Counted from the stretch's first letter, positions 1-8,866 are shown. The stretch: 26,943 bases of DNA from an uncultured Pseudomonadales bacterium (GCA_964491465.1 CAZBFT010000002.1:1-26943), one strand, 5' to 3'. Numbers and translations are program-made. Notes: generated by a model not told the origin, from the sequence alone.

Positions 1-5
1 CTTTT

Positions 6-1244
6 TTATTTATTTTCGGCTTCGCGTTCGGCTTGGTAGCGGGCCATTTTTTCGGCTTCTTCTTTCGCCATGTCCTTTTTCTTGTGCCAGCGCACGATGG
101 CTTTGCCGGTTTCCACATAGGCCCGAGGATCGAGCTCGTCGATTTGGGCTTTGAGGCTTTCCAGCTTGTCTTCGAGTTCTTTGACAGTCGTGATCTTGAG
201 CTCGAGCAAAGTATTTCTGACTTTGCTGCCCAAACCTAGCTCGTCGATTTCGAATTGCTCGTCGCCGGTGGTGCTCATGGCTACTTTGGCGGCACCATCT
301 CCTTTGATGTCAATCTTAAAACCGGTTAGTTTGGCGGCTAGGCGAGCGTTTTGGCCGCCGCGCCCAATCGCCAGACTGAGCTGGTCTTCGGGAACAGTCA
401 CCACGACTTTGCGTTTTTTCTCGTCCACTTCAACATTGATTCCTTCGGCGGGAGCTAGGGAGGATTTGATGTATTCGTCAATGCGGTCGCTATATTCGAC
501 AATGTCGATTTTTTCACCGTTGAGTTCGTTGATCACGGCCTGGACACGAACACCTTTTTGGCCGACACAGGAACCAACCGGGTCAATCCCGTCTTCCTTA
601 CTTTTGACTGCCAGCTTGGTGCGGTGGCCGGCCTCGCGGGCGATGGCAACGATCTCGACCGAGTTGCTGCTGACTTCGGGAACTTCGCGGCTAAAAAGTT
701 CTTTGACCAATTCGGGTGCGGTGCGGCTGACGATGATGGTCTTGCCTTTGTAAGTGTCGCGAATTTCTTTGATATACACGGCGATCCGCTGATTGAGGCG
801 GTAAAACTCGTTGGGGATGCTTTCGCCAGTCGGCATGTAGGCTTGACCGCGGCCGATGTCGACGACCACATTGGGGCCGTCGAAGCGGAGAACCATGCCG
901 GTAACCAGCGTGCCCATTTTGCCTTCGTATTCACCGATAATCGCGTCCTTTTCGGCTTCGCGTACCCTTTGCATAATAACTTGTTTGGCCACCTGGGCGG
1001 CGATCCGACCAAACCCGGCGGGAGTAGCGTCTTTGCCGTCTTTTTCCACGGTGATGGCTCCCGTGCTTTCGTCCACGTTGACGATATAACCAACGAGAGC
1101 TTCTTCTTCGGCAAGACCCAGGTCGCGTTTGAGAGCAGCCAGAATGGCTTGTTTGATTGATTCAATGACAATTTTTGGATCAATACCTCTCTCGGCACAG
1201 ATTTGATTGAGGGCTAGGGCAAATTCGGATTTGAGTTGAGACAT
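6..1244 (-). CDS. nusA: Transcription termination/antitermination factor NusA (412 aa)
   Basis: FGRIAAQVAKQVIMQRVREAE, S1 domain, KH motifs (AREAGHRTKLAV, DPVGSCVGQKGVRVQAV, SLAIGRGGQNARLAAKLTG); SD AAAGGAG 5 nt before ATG. Confidence 0.97.
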   Translation of the reverse strand: MSQLKSEFALALNQICAERGIDPKIVIESIKQAILAALKRDLGLAEEEALVGYIVNVDESTGAITVEKDGKDATPAGFGRIAAQVAKQVIMQRVREAEKDAIIGEYEGKMGTLVTGMVLRFDGPNVVVDIGRGQAYMPTGESIPNEFYRLNQRIAVYIKEIRDTYKGKTIIVSRTAPELVKELFSREVPEVSSNSVEIVAIAREAGHRTKLAVKSKEDGIDPVGSCVGQKGVRVQAVINELNGEKIDIVEYSDRIDEYIKSSLAPAEGINVEVDEKKRKVVVTVPEDQLSLAIGRGGQNARLAAKLTGFKIDIKGDGAAKVAMSTTGDEQFEIDELGLGSKVRNTLLELKITTVKELEDKLESLKAQIDELDPRAYVETGKAIVRWHKKKDMAKEEAEKMARYQAEREAENK

Positions 1245-1301
1245 GTAACTCCTTTGGAGTAAATAACAAATAACAGACTATGTTGTGGCTTATTTACAAT
1301 A

Positions 1302-1322
1302 AAAGGTGGGAATCCCACCTTT
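1302..1322 (-). terminator. Intrinsic terminator-like hairpin upstream of nusA
   Basis: Perfect 9-bp inverted repeat AAAGGTGGG-att-CCCACCTTT; on the minus strand the GC stem is followed by TTTTATT. Confidence 0.7.
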
Positions 1323-1337
1323 CACTTTTCACACTAC
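1317..1337 (-). repeat. Degenerate heptamer repeat (GTAGTGT GAAAAGT GAAAGGT)
   Basis: Three 7-nt units in register; same GAAAAGT unit as at 18075-18102. Confidence 0.4.
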
Positions 1338-1354
1338 AACAGGGGCATTATACA

Positions 1355-1594
1355 CTATTCCAAATCGGAGAAGTCTTCGTCGAGAATTTGAGTACTATTG
1401 ATGTCGGATTCCAGACTGTTATCGTCGGTGCCGGAGCCAACGGCCGGCTGAGATTCTAGGGCCGAGTCGGGGGTGGGTGTGGGAGTGGCGACGGGACTGG
1501 CCGAGGTGGACTGGCCGCCAGTGGGAACTAGATTTGACAAAGTACAACCACCCAGGATGAGGGCGCTACCAATCAAAAAAATCAATTTCTTCAT
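1355..1594 (-). CDS. Small lipoprotein with Pro/Thr linker and acidic tail (79 aa)
   Basis: MKK + hydrophobic stretch + lipobox LGGC; TPTPTP linker; ATGA overlap with upstream gene. Confidence 0.75.
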   Translation of the reverse strand: MKKLIFLIGSALILGGCTLSNLVPTGGQSTSASPVATPTPTPDSALESQPAVGSGTDDNSLESDINSTQILDEDFSDLE

Positions 1595-2190
1595 AATGAT
1601 TGCTCCACGGCAGAGCTAGCAGCGGGGAGCGCGGGCTTACTGATAGTTTTTAGTAGTTTGAGGGCGTCTTTGAGCAATTTGTGAACTTCGAGGAAAGCGC
1701 CGCGAGCTTGCATGGCCTGGTCGCGCGCTGCCTGAGCTTGGGCTTTTTGTTCGCTAAACTTGGCTGGATCGATGGCGCGGAAGTCAGCCACGGCCTGCTC
1801 GCCGAGAGATTTTGCGCTAGCGAGCTGCGTCTTGGCGGCATCCAGCTTGACCTGGATGGTGGAGACGTCGGTGCCTTTATTTTTGAGAGTATCAAGGCGA
1901 GTTTGGAAGCGAGTAATGATGTTGGTCAGACGTTCAAAATAAAATTTGAAGCGACGCTCCAGGCGGTTGGCGTGATTTTGGGCGACACTGCTACGGAGGG
2001 TTTGCAGTTGGTTTTGAGCTTGCTCGCGCAAGTTTTGCCGACCGTCTTTGATTTCTTGCACCTCGAGAGGGCGACTAGAGTCCTTCCGACGCTGGGGCGA
2101 GGGTTCGACCGAGCCATCCGTGGCGTAGACGCAGAGGGGTGTAAACAAAGTTAACAAAATAAAGACGGTGAGCAGGCGCGAGCTGAGCAT
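1591..2190 (-). CDS. Exported coiled-coil protein (199 aa from ATG 2190)
   Basis: Signal peptide (LLTVFILLTLFTPLCVYA), long helical Q/A/K/R-rich body; AGAGG SD 7 nt before ATG 2190. Confidence 0.75.
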   Translation of the reverse strand: MLSSRLLTVFILLTLFTPLCVYATDGSVEPSPQRRKDSSRPLEVQEIKDGRQNLREQAQNQLQTLRSSVAQNHANRLERRFKFYFERLTNIITRFQTRLDTLKNKGTDVSTIQVKLDAAKTQLASAKSLGEQAVADFRAIDPAKFSEQKAQAQAARDQAMQARGAFLEVHKLLKDALKLLKTISKPALPAASSAVEQSL

Positions 2191-2224
2191 AAACAAACCT
2201 CTTTGATTTTAGTTTAGCACGATC

Positions 2225-3139
2225 TCAGAAAGAGAAGCGTTCGAGGAATTTTCTGAATGGTGACGACTCGGTCGAAGTGGTCACGGTAACGCCAGTTTCG
2301 GCTGAGACTTCGGTTTGTTTTTGAAAACGAGCTCGGAAAAGTCCGAGGAAGCGCTTGGTTTCCTCGTGCTTGATTTGGTAGACAGGCTCGCCGGCCTTGT
2401 TTTCGGTTAATTGAATGTCGTCACTGTTTTCGACTTCAGCGACGTCATCGAGTAGACCTTTTTCAATCATCTTTTCAACTGCTTGGTCGGGGAGGACGGT
2501 GACGATTTTGGTGGTACCATCTGGGCGGGTCACGACCAGCTCATTGTTATTATTAACTGTGAGTGGCAGCTCGGTTTTGGCCTTCAATTTTTCGCGCCTG
2601 ATTTCGAGCTCACCGTTTTTCACGGCGTTGATTTCGAGTCTTTCCCCGTCTGATTGGTCCACGTGGAGGGATTCTTTGGGTTCTAGTTCGACTTCTGTTT
2701 CTTGATGAGTACCATTGCGGAGCTCAATTTTTTGTTTGATTTTGAGTTTGTCCCCATCAGTTTCCAGTTCAAATTCATTCTTGCTGGGAGATTTTCTTTT
2801 GTTGGCTTCGATTTGACGCTCTAATTTTTGTTTGGCTGCCTCGCGGATTTTTTCGGCATTGCGTTTTTCCATTTCGCGATTGGTCTCAGCGACGCTATTT
2901 TCGGTTCGCTGGATGTTGCCAGGATTTGTGCCACGAGGGATGGCCTGGTTGGGGACTTCGCGAATATCTTCGGCGTCCTCGTTTTCGACCTCGACTTGGT
3001 CGTCGTCGCCCAAAACGGAACCATCAACTTTGATCAAGTATCCGGAGCCGTCGATCAAATAGTCGGCACGGGCGGTGCCGGTAGCGACAAAAGCGAAAAC
3101 TAGTAGCGTGAGTGAGCTGACAACGAGTGATTTGGACAT
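2225..3139 (-). CDS. Exported hypothetical protein (304 aa)
   Basis: Signal peptide ending ATGTARA, charged helical middle, beta-rich C-terminus; AGGAGG SD. Confidence 0.8.
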   Translation of the reverse strand: MSKSLVVSSLTLLVFAFVATGTARADYLIDGSGYLIKVDGSVLGDDDQVEVENEDAEDIREVPNQAIPRGTNPGNIQRTENSVAETNREMEKRNAEKIREAAKQKLERQIEANKRKSPSKNEFELETDGDKLKIKQKIELRNGTHQETEVELEPKESLHVDQSDGERLEINAVKNGELEIRREKLKAKTELPLTVNNNNELVVTRPDGTTKIVTVLPDQAVEKMIEKGLLDDVAEVENSDDIQLTENKAGEPVYQIKHEETKRFLGLFRARFQKQTEVSAETGVTVTTSTESSPFRKFLERFSF

Positions 3140-3180
3140 AAGTCCTCCTAATTTAGTAACTAGTATAGTAGTAGCACAAA

Positions 3181-4233
3181 TTAAAAAAGATTGAAAGTCT
3201 TGTTTTGCTCATTTTTGTTCCCCCGGGCGTCGAGGACACGAGCCGCAAATGAGTGAGCGGATCCGGAAGTCCCCTGGAAACAGTAGCTAGCGTCGACCAT
3301 ACTGGACCAGGTACCGCCGTCGACTTTTTGTTCGAGTTTGAGCTCGGAAGCTGTAGACACGTTGTCGGTGGGAGCGGAGGGGATGAGGAAGCAAGTACCA
3401 TTTTCACCCCAGTCGTAGGGGCCGGAAAGAGTAAAATTGGGAGCAATATTGTCGGTCAAATTTTCGTAGTCGACGCGGGCGAAGTTGTTGCTGTGGTTGG
3501 ATTCCTTCAGCGACTTGTCGCCATTGACGGTGAGCTTGAGGCTGTGACGACCGAGATCGATCGTGGCGTCGTGGCAGTAATCGTAAAGTCTGCCCGACTC
3601 AAGGCGATCATATTGACTCAGGGTCCCGGAGTCGATTTCTTTGTCATCGAGGGTCAAACTATATTTGACCAACTTGCCATCGGAGACGTTTTCGTTGGCC
3701 ACGAGATGAAAACAAACAGTGACCCGTGGAGACCAGGCCTGCTTGACTTCGTCAAATTGCCCAATTTGGACACTGGTGTATTCACGATTGATCTCGCGGC
3801 CATTGCCGCTACCGTCGTCGATTGTTTGGCGGATGTTGCCAGCCGGGTTGCCAAAGCGGAGGTCAAAAGTAGGGGGCTGATAAGGCGTCGGTGTGGGAGA
3901 GGGGGAAGCGTGGGGAGAAGGGATGGTTGTTGGCTTGACAGTAGGCTTGGCGGAAGCTTTGGGAGAAGAACTCGCCTCGGGGGAAGGAGAGGTTTCGGGT
4001 TCGGGACTAGGTTCGACAGTAGGAGAGGGGGTGGGCAGGGGAGCGGGAGAAGAGGAAATTTCTTGCTTGAGCTTGCTCATGTAGTAGGCACCCCCCAGGG
4101 CGGCGGCCAGGACAAAGACGACAACAACGCCAAGAAGCAGGGGTCCGATGGGATTGTGATGGCGAGTTTTCAGCGGGAGAATGGGAGTGGTGGGAATAAT
4201 ATCGGGAGGAACGGTAGCGGCAGGATCGGTCAT
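3181..4233 (-). CDS. Membrane-anchored surface protein: TM, Pro/Ser/Thr linker, CARDB-like and Ig-like domains (350 aa)
   Basis: TM LLLGVVVVFVLAAALGGAYYM; SPSP/TPTP linker; CARDB-type motif LTVNGDKSLKESNHSNN; C-terminal beta-sandwich with DARGN. Confidence 0.75.
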   Translation of the reverse strand: MTDPAATVPPDIIPTTPILPLKTRHHNPIGPLLLGVVVVFVLAAALGGAYYMSKLKQEISSSPAPLPTPSPTVEPSPEPETSPSPEASSSPKASAKPTVKPTTIPSPHASPSPTPTPYQPPTFDLRFGNPAGNIRQTIDDGSGNGREINREYTSVQIGQFDEVKQAWSPRVTVCFHLVANENVSDGKLVKYSLTLDDKEIDSGTLSQYDRLESGRLYDYCHDATIDLGRHSLKLTVNGDKSLKESNHSNNFARVDYENLTDNIAPNFTLSGPYDWGENGTCFLIPSAPTDNVSTASELKLEQKVDGGTWSSMVDASYCFQGTSGSAHSFAARVLDARGNKNEQNKTFNLF

Positions 4234-4240
4234 CTTCTAA

Positions 4241-5119
4241 CTATAATTCTTTTGATAGCTCTTGCACAAGCTCTTTGGCACGACGGCCCAGTTTTTCCGG
4301 CAACATGACCTTGAGTTTGATGTAAAAGTCCCCGCGGCCAGAACCCTGCAAGTGTTTAATCCCGCGGCCGGCCAGGCGGACGGTCGTGCTCGGTTGGGTG
4401 CCGGGACGGATTTTGATCTTGAGATCGCCGTCGAGCGTGGGGATTGTGGTGTCTCCCCCCAAAATGGCCAGGGTGAAAGGAATTTCGTGTAGGATAAAAA
4501 CGTCGGCGCCTTCGCGGCGGAAAGTTTTATCAGCCCTGACATTGACGCTCAGGTCAAATTCGCGATAGCGGATCCGGGTACCGTCGTCGGCGCCGGGCGG
4601 GATTTTAACCGTGAATTGTTTGCCTTGGTGGACAAAGGTTTTCTCCACGCCATGCACGGCGTCCATAAAGTCGATTGTCAGCGAATAGTGCGGTTTGGTT
4701 TGAAACTGACTGCCAAAGGGATTTTGGCCGCCAAAAAAAGATTCAAAAATGTTAAAGGGATCGGAAAATCCCTGGCCTTGGTTGCCAAATAAATCTTCGA
4801 ATCCTCCACCGGTCGTGTAGGTATAACTGAAAGGACCAGAGCGGTATGACTGACTACCCTGCCCGCCGCCAAACCCGCCAAAGCCGGAGCTGGGGTCAAA
4901 AGCGGCGTGACCAAACTGGTCGTACTTGGCTTTTTTCTCAGAATTGCTTAGGACTTCGTAGGCTTCGTTGACTTCTTTAAACTTGGCTTCGGCGCCAGAT
5001 TCTTTGTTGCGGTCGGGATGCCACTTGAGGGCTAGTTTGCGGTAGGCACTTTTGAGTTCGCTGTCCGTGGCGCTACGACTCACGCCTAAGATTTCGTAGT
5101 AATCCTTTTTCGTAGTCAT
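4241..5119 (-). CDS. dnaJ: Class B (CbpA-like) DnaJ chaperone without zinc finger (292 aa)
   Basis: J-domain DYYEILGV...KWHPDRN, G/F-rich region, C-terminal domain VKIPPG...IPTLDG...GRGD; no CxxCxGxG repeats. Confidence 0.92.
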   Translation of the reverse strand: MTTKKDYYEILGVSRSATDSELKSAYRKLALKWHPDRNKESGAEAKFKEVNEAYEVLSNSEKKAKYDQFGHAAFDPSSGFGGFGGGQGSQSYRSGPFSYTYTTGGGFEDLFGNQGQGFSDPFNIFESFFGGQNPFGSQFQTKPHYSLTIDFMDAVHGVEKTFVHQGKQFTVKIPPGADDGTRIRYREFDLSVNVRADKTFRREGADVFILHEIPFTLAILGGDTTIPTLDGDLKIKIRPGTQPSTTVRLAGRGIKHLQGSGRGDFYIKLKVMLPEKLGRRAKELVQELSKEL

Positions 5120-5141
5120 GGGAGTGATTATAAAGCGCGGC

Positions 5142-5168
5142 TAAGCAGTAAACAAGGGTGAGTGCTAA
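5142..5168 (-). promoter_or_regulatory. Degenerate CIRCE (HrcA operator) over the dnaJ promoter
   Basis: Minus strand TTAGCACTC-N9-TACTGCTTA (9/9 and 6/9 vs TTAGCACTC-N9-GAGTGCTAA), overlapping -35 TTGTTT (5150-5155); -10 TATAAT at 5127-5132, 17-nt spacer. Confidence 0.7.
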
Positions 5169-5563
5169 AAGCGAGGATTACGGTTGGCATTTTCCAACCA
5201 TTGGCTATAGAAACCTATAACAAGCTTGTGATAATACTGCAATTGGGTTGACAGACGATGTTTGTCTTCTTTAAGTTCCCGCTCATAGTATTCGATGGCC
5301 CTTCGGGCATATACATCTGCAGGGGTTGTTTGATCAAGTCTATATTTTATTTCTTGTTCAAAATGTTCTGCAAATGCGGCCTTATTGCGCATAAACCTCT
5401 CATAGACGGCCGCGTCACTAAATACCACTTCATCGCTAGCCATAGGAGAAATGGTGGCACCGGCTACGAGGAAATAGACACTACACGGACCATCAAATAA
5501 CTGCTGCTGGCCTAGGTCAACTTCGCTTTGTGATAAATCATTTTCATGATTGGCTGCAAGCAT
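5165..5563 (-). CDS. Hypothetical protein (132 aa), AT-rich
   Basis: Fills the dnaJ-upp gap on the same strand; TAGAAT 8 nt before ATG; no recognised motif. Confidence 0.6.
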   Translation of the reverse strand: MLAANHENDLSQSEVDLGQQQLFDGPCSVYFLVAGATISPMASDEVVFSDAAVYERFMRNKAAFAEHFEQEIKYRLDQTTPADVYARRAIEYYERELKEDKHRLSTQLQYYHKLVIGFYSQWLENANRNPRF

Positions 5564-5650
5564 AAAAATATATTCTAACTGTATGAGTAATGATATAGGG
5601 CAGACTCTAGCACTCGCTAGGAGCAGAAACTACAGACAATAGCGGGCAGG

Positions 5651-6352
5651 CTAGACTGTGCCAAATTGGCGGTCGCCGGCGTCGCCGAGACCGGGCACGA
5701 TGTAGGCTTGCTGGTTGAGATGGTCGTCGACGGCGGCCACAGTGACCTGCACATCGGGATACTTTTTGTTGAGTGCACGGATACCTTCGGGGGCGGCGAG
5801 CATACTAATCATTTTGACAGTACCTTGGGGATAAATGGATTTGATCCGTTGCACCGTTTCGATCGCGCTGCCGCCAGTCGCCAACATGGGATCGAGAATC
5901 AAGAAAACTGCGTGTGCGCCGTGGTTGAGATAGGCAAGGTCTTTGAGATCGTAGTACCAGTGGGCAATCGCGGTTGCTTCGTCACGTGCCATCCCGGCGA
6001 AAATGGTGGTGGCCGCGGGGAAAATGGCTTGGGCTGGAGCCAACATCCCAACGCCAGAGCGAAGTACGGGGATCAAGACTATTTGATCTCGGAGACGGCG
6101 AGCATGGACGGGAGCGAGTGGGGTGGCAATTTTTACTTTCGTTTCGGCCAAATCGGCAGTGGCTGCATAGATAAGCGGCGGGGCGAGCCGATAGACCGCA
6201 GCGCGAAAGTTTTCGAGATTGGTTTTGTGATCGCGCATGACCCGCAGGCAGTCGCGAACCAAGGGATGATCAACAATCGTGACGTGGAGAGACGCATCGG
6301 CTTGGGCACTGACTAATAATTGTTGTTCGTCATATTCCAAATCTTGTGTCAT
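5651..6352 (-). CDS. upp: Uracil phosphoribosyltransferase (233 aa from ATG 6352)
   Basis: PVLRSGVGM, PRPP-binding LILDPMLATGGSA, YIVPGLGDAGDRQFGT; TACAAT 8 nt before ATG 6352. Confidence 0.95.
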   Translation of the reverse strand: MTQDLEYDEQQLLVSAQADASLHVTIVDHPLVRDCLRVMRDHKTNLENFRAAVYRLAPPLIYAATADLAETKVKIATPLAPVHARRLRDQIVLIPVLRSGVGMLAPAQAIFPAATTIFAGMARDEATAIAHWYYDLKDLAYLNHGAHAVFLILDPMLATGGSAIETVQRIKSIYPQGTVKMISMLAAPEGIRALNKKYPDVQVTVAAVDDHLNQQAYIVPGLGDAGDRQFGTV

Positions 6353-6447
6353 GTATGTGTATTGTAGTGGATTTACGGTAAGTTCATAGTAAGAGTGCTG
6401 CTTGTTGGCTGTTGTTTTACTGAATATATTGGACAATTATTAGATTA

Positions 6448-6696
6448 ATGCCAGGACATAATAACGAACAGGATAGTGCTACTCAGCCAGTACATGTGAC
6501 GGCAGCTGGTGTCGTCAGAAACGACAATGTCGGGCGGCCGTTAATTCGACCTCGCCCAATTGATCCTTTGATGGGGAAAAATACGCTTGATGGAAATGAT
6601 CCGCGATCATTGCCATTAACGGATGAGGCCTCTAGGTTATTAAGCGCAGAAGCACGGGAATTGACTAGATTGTACGTTCTGAGTTTGTACCCGTAA
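6448..6696 (+). CDS. Possible small hypothetical protein (82 aa)
   Basis: Only ORF filling the gap; ends 1 nt from the convergent hydrolase stop; no motif or clear initiation signal. Confidence 0.4.
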   Translation: MPGHNNEQDSATQPVHVTAAGVVRNDNVGRPLIRPRPIDPLMGKNTLDGNDPRSLPLTDEASRLLSAEARELTRLYVLSLYP

Positions 6697-6697
6697 T

Positions 6698-7261
6698 CTA
6701 GATGAATTGAAGTAATTCGGAGAGTTTGGAACTACCTTCTTCCGCGGACATATGGCCGCGGTTGTGGATGGTGATTATCTGAGGATTTAATTGGGTGCGG
6801 AAAAATCGGGAGTTTTCGGCATATGGCACCCAGGGATCATTGTCGGAAAAGATGGTAAGGAACTGCGAAGAGCGAGGTTTGATCTTGCCCCAGTCGAGAG
6901 GAGTTTTGAGCCAGGGATCTGCAACGGCCCACATCTCGTCACTTTCCAAATTCGCCAGAGTGACCCAGGGCGCGACCAAAATAACCTTATCGGCTCTTCC
7001 CTCCCCTCCCCTCTCCAGATAGCGGAGGATGGTTTGGCAGCCTATACTATGGCCGACAAAAATGTCGGTTGAGCGTAATTGACCCACCAGTTGAGCAAGG
7101 AGGGGTACCCACTCCCCTATCACTGGAGCGTCGGTATCGGGCATTTGCGGAGCGACGACTTGGTATCCTCTACTCTCTAGCTCGGCCGTTGCCCACGGGA
7201 ACCAATCGGCTTGTGGTCCCCCACCCCAGCCGTGAATAAGAAAAATGCGTGGTTTGGACAT
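6698..7261 (-). CDS. RBBP9/YdeN-family alpha/beta serine hydrolase (187 aa)
   Basis: FLIHGWGG...WFPW, nucleophile elbow GHSIG, SDNDPWVP, RGHM. Confidence 0.9.
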   Translation of the reverse strand: MSKPRIFLIHGWGGGPQADWFPWATAELESRGYQVVAPQMPDTDAPVIGEWVPLLAQLVGQLRSTDIFVGHSIGCQTILRYLERGGEGRADKVILVAPWVTLANLESDEMWAVADPWLKTPLDWGKIKPRSSQFLTIFSDNDPWVPYAENSRFFRTQLNPQIITIHNRGHMSAEEGSSKLSELLQFI

Positions 7262-7325
7262 GAGGTTATTGTAACAAGATAACTAGTTAGTACTGAGTTT
7301 TTGACCACAGGTCTAAAATAAGATA

Positions 7326-7724
7326 ATGACCGGTCTTGAAATCGCGGCTTTAAGAGTACTAACTATTAGAGATTCGGAAAGATTGTGGAAATTCCGGAGA
7401 CACACTCCAAAGCCTATTCCTGTAGATATAGTTGTATTACATCCAAATTTTCTTGATGGCGTGAAACATAGAGATGAGAAAGAATATCCTATTTTTACTG
7501 GCCTCCATGCAACTCTTGCTGGTGTTAATTATATTTGTCGGCTCGCACATTTAGCTGAAGATCGGATACTGACAGTAGCAGAAAGTGGTTATACCGAAGA
7601 GCAAATTCAAGAATGGTTATTGGCAGGACACGATACATTCCCGTACTTAAAGGATGTCCCAATGGCCATAGCAGGAACTCAACTCAAAATTGCGGTCGTG
7701 GAACAACTTAGCAGAAAATTTTAA
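7326..7724 (+). CDS. Hypothetical protein (132 aa), AT-rich
   Basis: Fills gap; TAAAAT (7314-7319) 6 nt before ATG; no recognised motif. Confidence 0.65.
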   Translation: MTGLEIAALRVLTIRDSERLWKFRRHTPKPIPVDIVVLHPNFLDGVKHRDEKEYPIFTGLHATLAGVNYICRLAHLAEDRILTVAESGYTEEQIQEWLLAGHDTFPYLKDVPMAIAGTQLKIAVVEQLSRKF

Positions 7725-7773
7725 GATAAACAAATAAATCATCTTCCCAACCAAGTAGAGGGGCTAAAGAATG

Positions 7774-8319
7774 TTACCAATATCCTCTTCCGTAGTGGAA
7801 AGTTTCTGGGCTATTCATAATCAAATTGAATTTGGCCGGAGAATTGAGAGGGTGGAACATGGTTCCACGTTCTCGGATAATCCCGCCACGCACATTCTCA
7901 AATGTAATTTCTCGATCCATCATTTGGAAACCAAGTTTTTCGTAAAGACTATAAATTTTCTTGTCCAAGTCGACGTTGAGGCAGGCAATGTCGCATCCTT
8001 GCTCTGCCAGGATTTTGATGCCTTCTTTTAATAATTGAGAGGCGACGCCACGATGACGAAAACGTTCGGAGACACATACGCCACCCATGCCGCCTAACTT
8101 AATTGTGAGATTTTCAAATTTAACTATGCGGGAGAAAAGTGCCAGCCGGGCAATAATTTGGTTCGATTCGACAGCGAAGAGGTAGCCAAATGGTTCGGCG
8201 ATAAAGTTTTCGACTACTTCTTGAGGATCTACGTCGCCGAAACATTCTTTATTAAGCCGCTCGAGCGCGGTTTTGTGAATTTGACTCAGCTTATCCGCTT
8301 CGATAAAAGTTGCTTTCAT
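7774..8319 (-). CDS. GNAT-family N-acetyltransferase (181 aa)
   Basis: Acetyl-CoA motif A GGVCVSERFRHRGVASQLL, LYEKLGF; TACAAT 6 nt before ATG. Confidence 0.85.
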   Translation of the reverse strand: MKATFIEADKLSQIHKTALERLNKECFGDVDPQEVVENFIAEPFGYLFAVESNQIIARLALFSRIVKFENLTIKLGGMGGVCVSERFRHRGVASQLLKEGIKILAEQGCDIACLNVDLDKKIYSLYEKLGFQMMDREITFENVRGGIIRERGTMFHPLNSPAKFNLIMNSPETFHYGRGYW

Positions 8320-8359
8320 GAAGATATTGTAGCAACACTACTTACTACTGTAATTCGAA

Positions 8360-8866
8360 TTATGGTAGTGGGTGGCGGAGGTAGAAGTGATATTTGCCGC
8401 GTCGGTGGCGGGCAATTTTGGTGAGCGAGTCGAGAATATAATCAATGTTACCGCGCTGCCACAAGTAACTGAGGAGGTAGAGTTTGATTTGGAGCGGCAG
8501 TTGCCAGTAAGAGACTTGCGAAAAGCCTAGCCGTTCAACGACGTGCTGGACACGAGAGTTGGAGCTACCAATATAAAGCGAGTGGTTACGGTAGGCTTTA
8601 GCGACGCGATCCAGTAGCCGGCTACCTACGTGCTTGCCCTGGTGCTCTGATAGAACAATGATTGGACCGATTTTCATGTAATTACGCAGAGGCACGACGA
8701 CACAAACACCCAACAATTCTTGCCCGTTTGTGGCGACAAAAACGTGATTAAAATTTTTCCAAATGTGGGGAGCGATATAGCCGATATGAGGAGATTTTTT
8801 CGTTTCAGCGGCCAAAACTACCGATTCCTGTTGGGACAATTTGCGTTTGACGATAGAGATCCCCAT
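8360..8866 (-). CDS. GNAT-family N-acetyltransferase (168 aa)
   Basis: IIVLSEHQGKHVGSRLL motif A, VERLGF; TACAAT 6 nt before ATG. Confidence 0.75.
   Translation of the reverse strand: MGISIVKRKLSQQESVVLAAETKKSPHIGYIAPHIWKNFNHVFVATNGQELLGVCVVVPLRNYMKIGPIIVLSEHQGKHVGSRLLDRVAKAYRNHSLYIGSSNSRVQHVVERLGFSQVSYWQLPLQIKLYLLSYLWQRGNIDYILDSLTKIARHRRGKYHFYLRHPLP

Noticed and set aside
1296-1346. Minus-strand sequence starting GCCCCTG after a TATAAT, superficially tRNA-like
   Set aside because: No D-arm, anticodon arm, GTTCRA T-loop or acceptor-stem complement
2215-2241. CIRCE-like TTAGCACGA
   Set aside because: Partner arm at N9 matches only 3/9 and no heat-shock gene follows
3253-4308. 351-aa plus-strand ORF (and similar long ORFs at 558-1160, 533-1198, 5666-6316, 8720-9226, 11172-11957, 20779-21378)
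   Set aside because: Antisense or alternate-frame shadows of well-supported genes; no motifs or initiation signals
4237-5580. GTTAGAA motifs before two ATGs suggesting integron cassette core sites
   Set aside because: They are explained by -10 boxes (TATAGT, TAGAAT); no inverse core RYYYAAC or attC hairpin, no integrase, and genes lie in mixed orientation
6393-6401. GAGTGCTG half-site upstream of upp
   Set aside because: No second arm at the correct spacing
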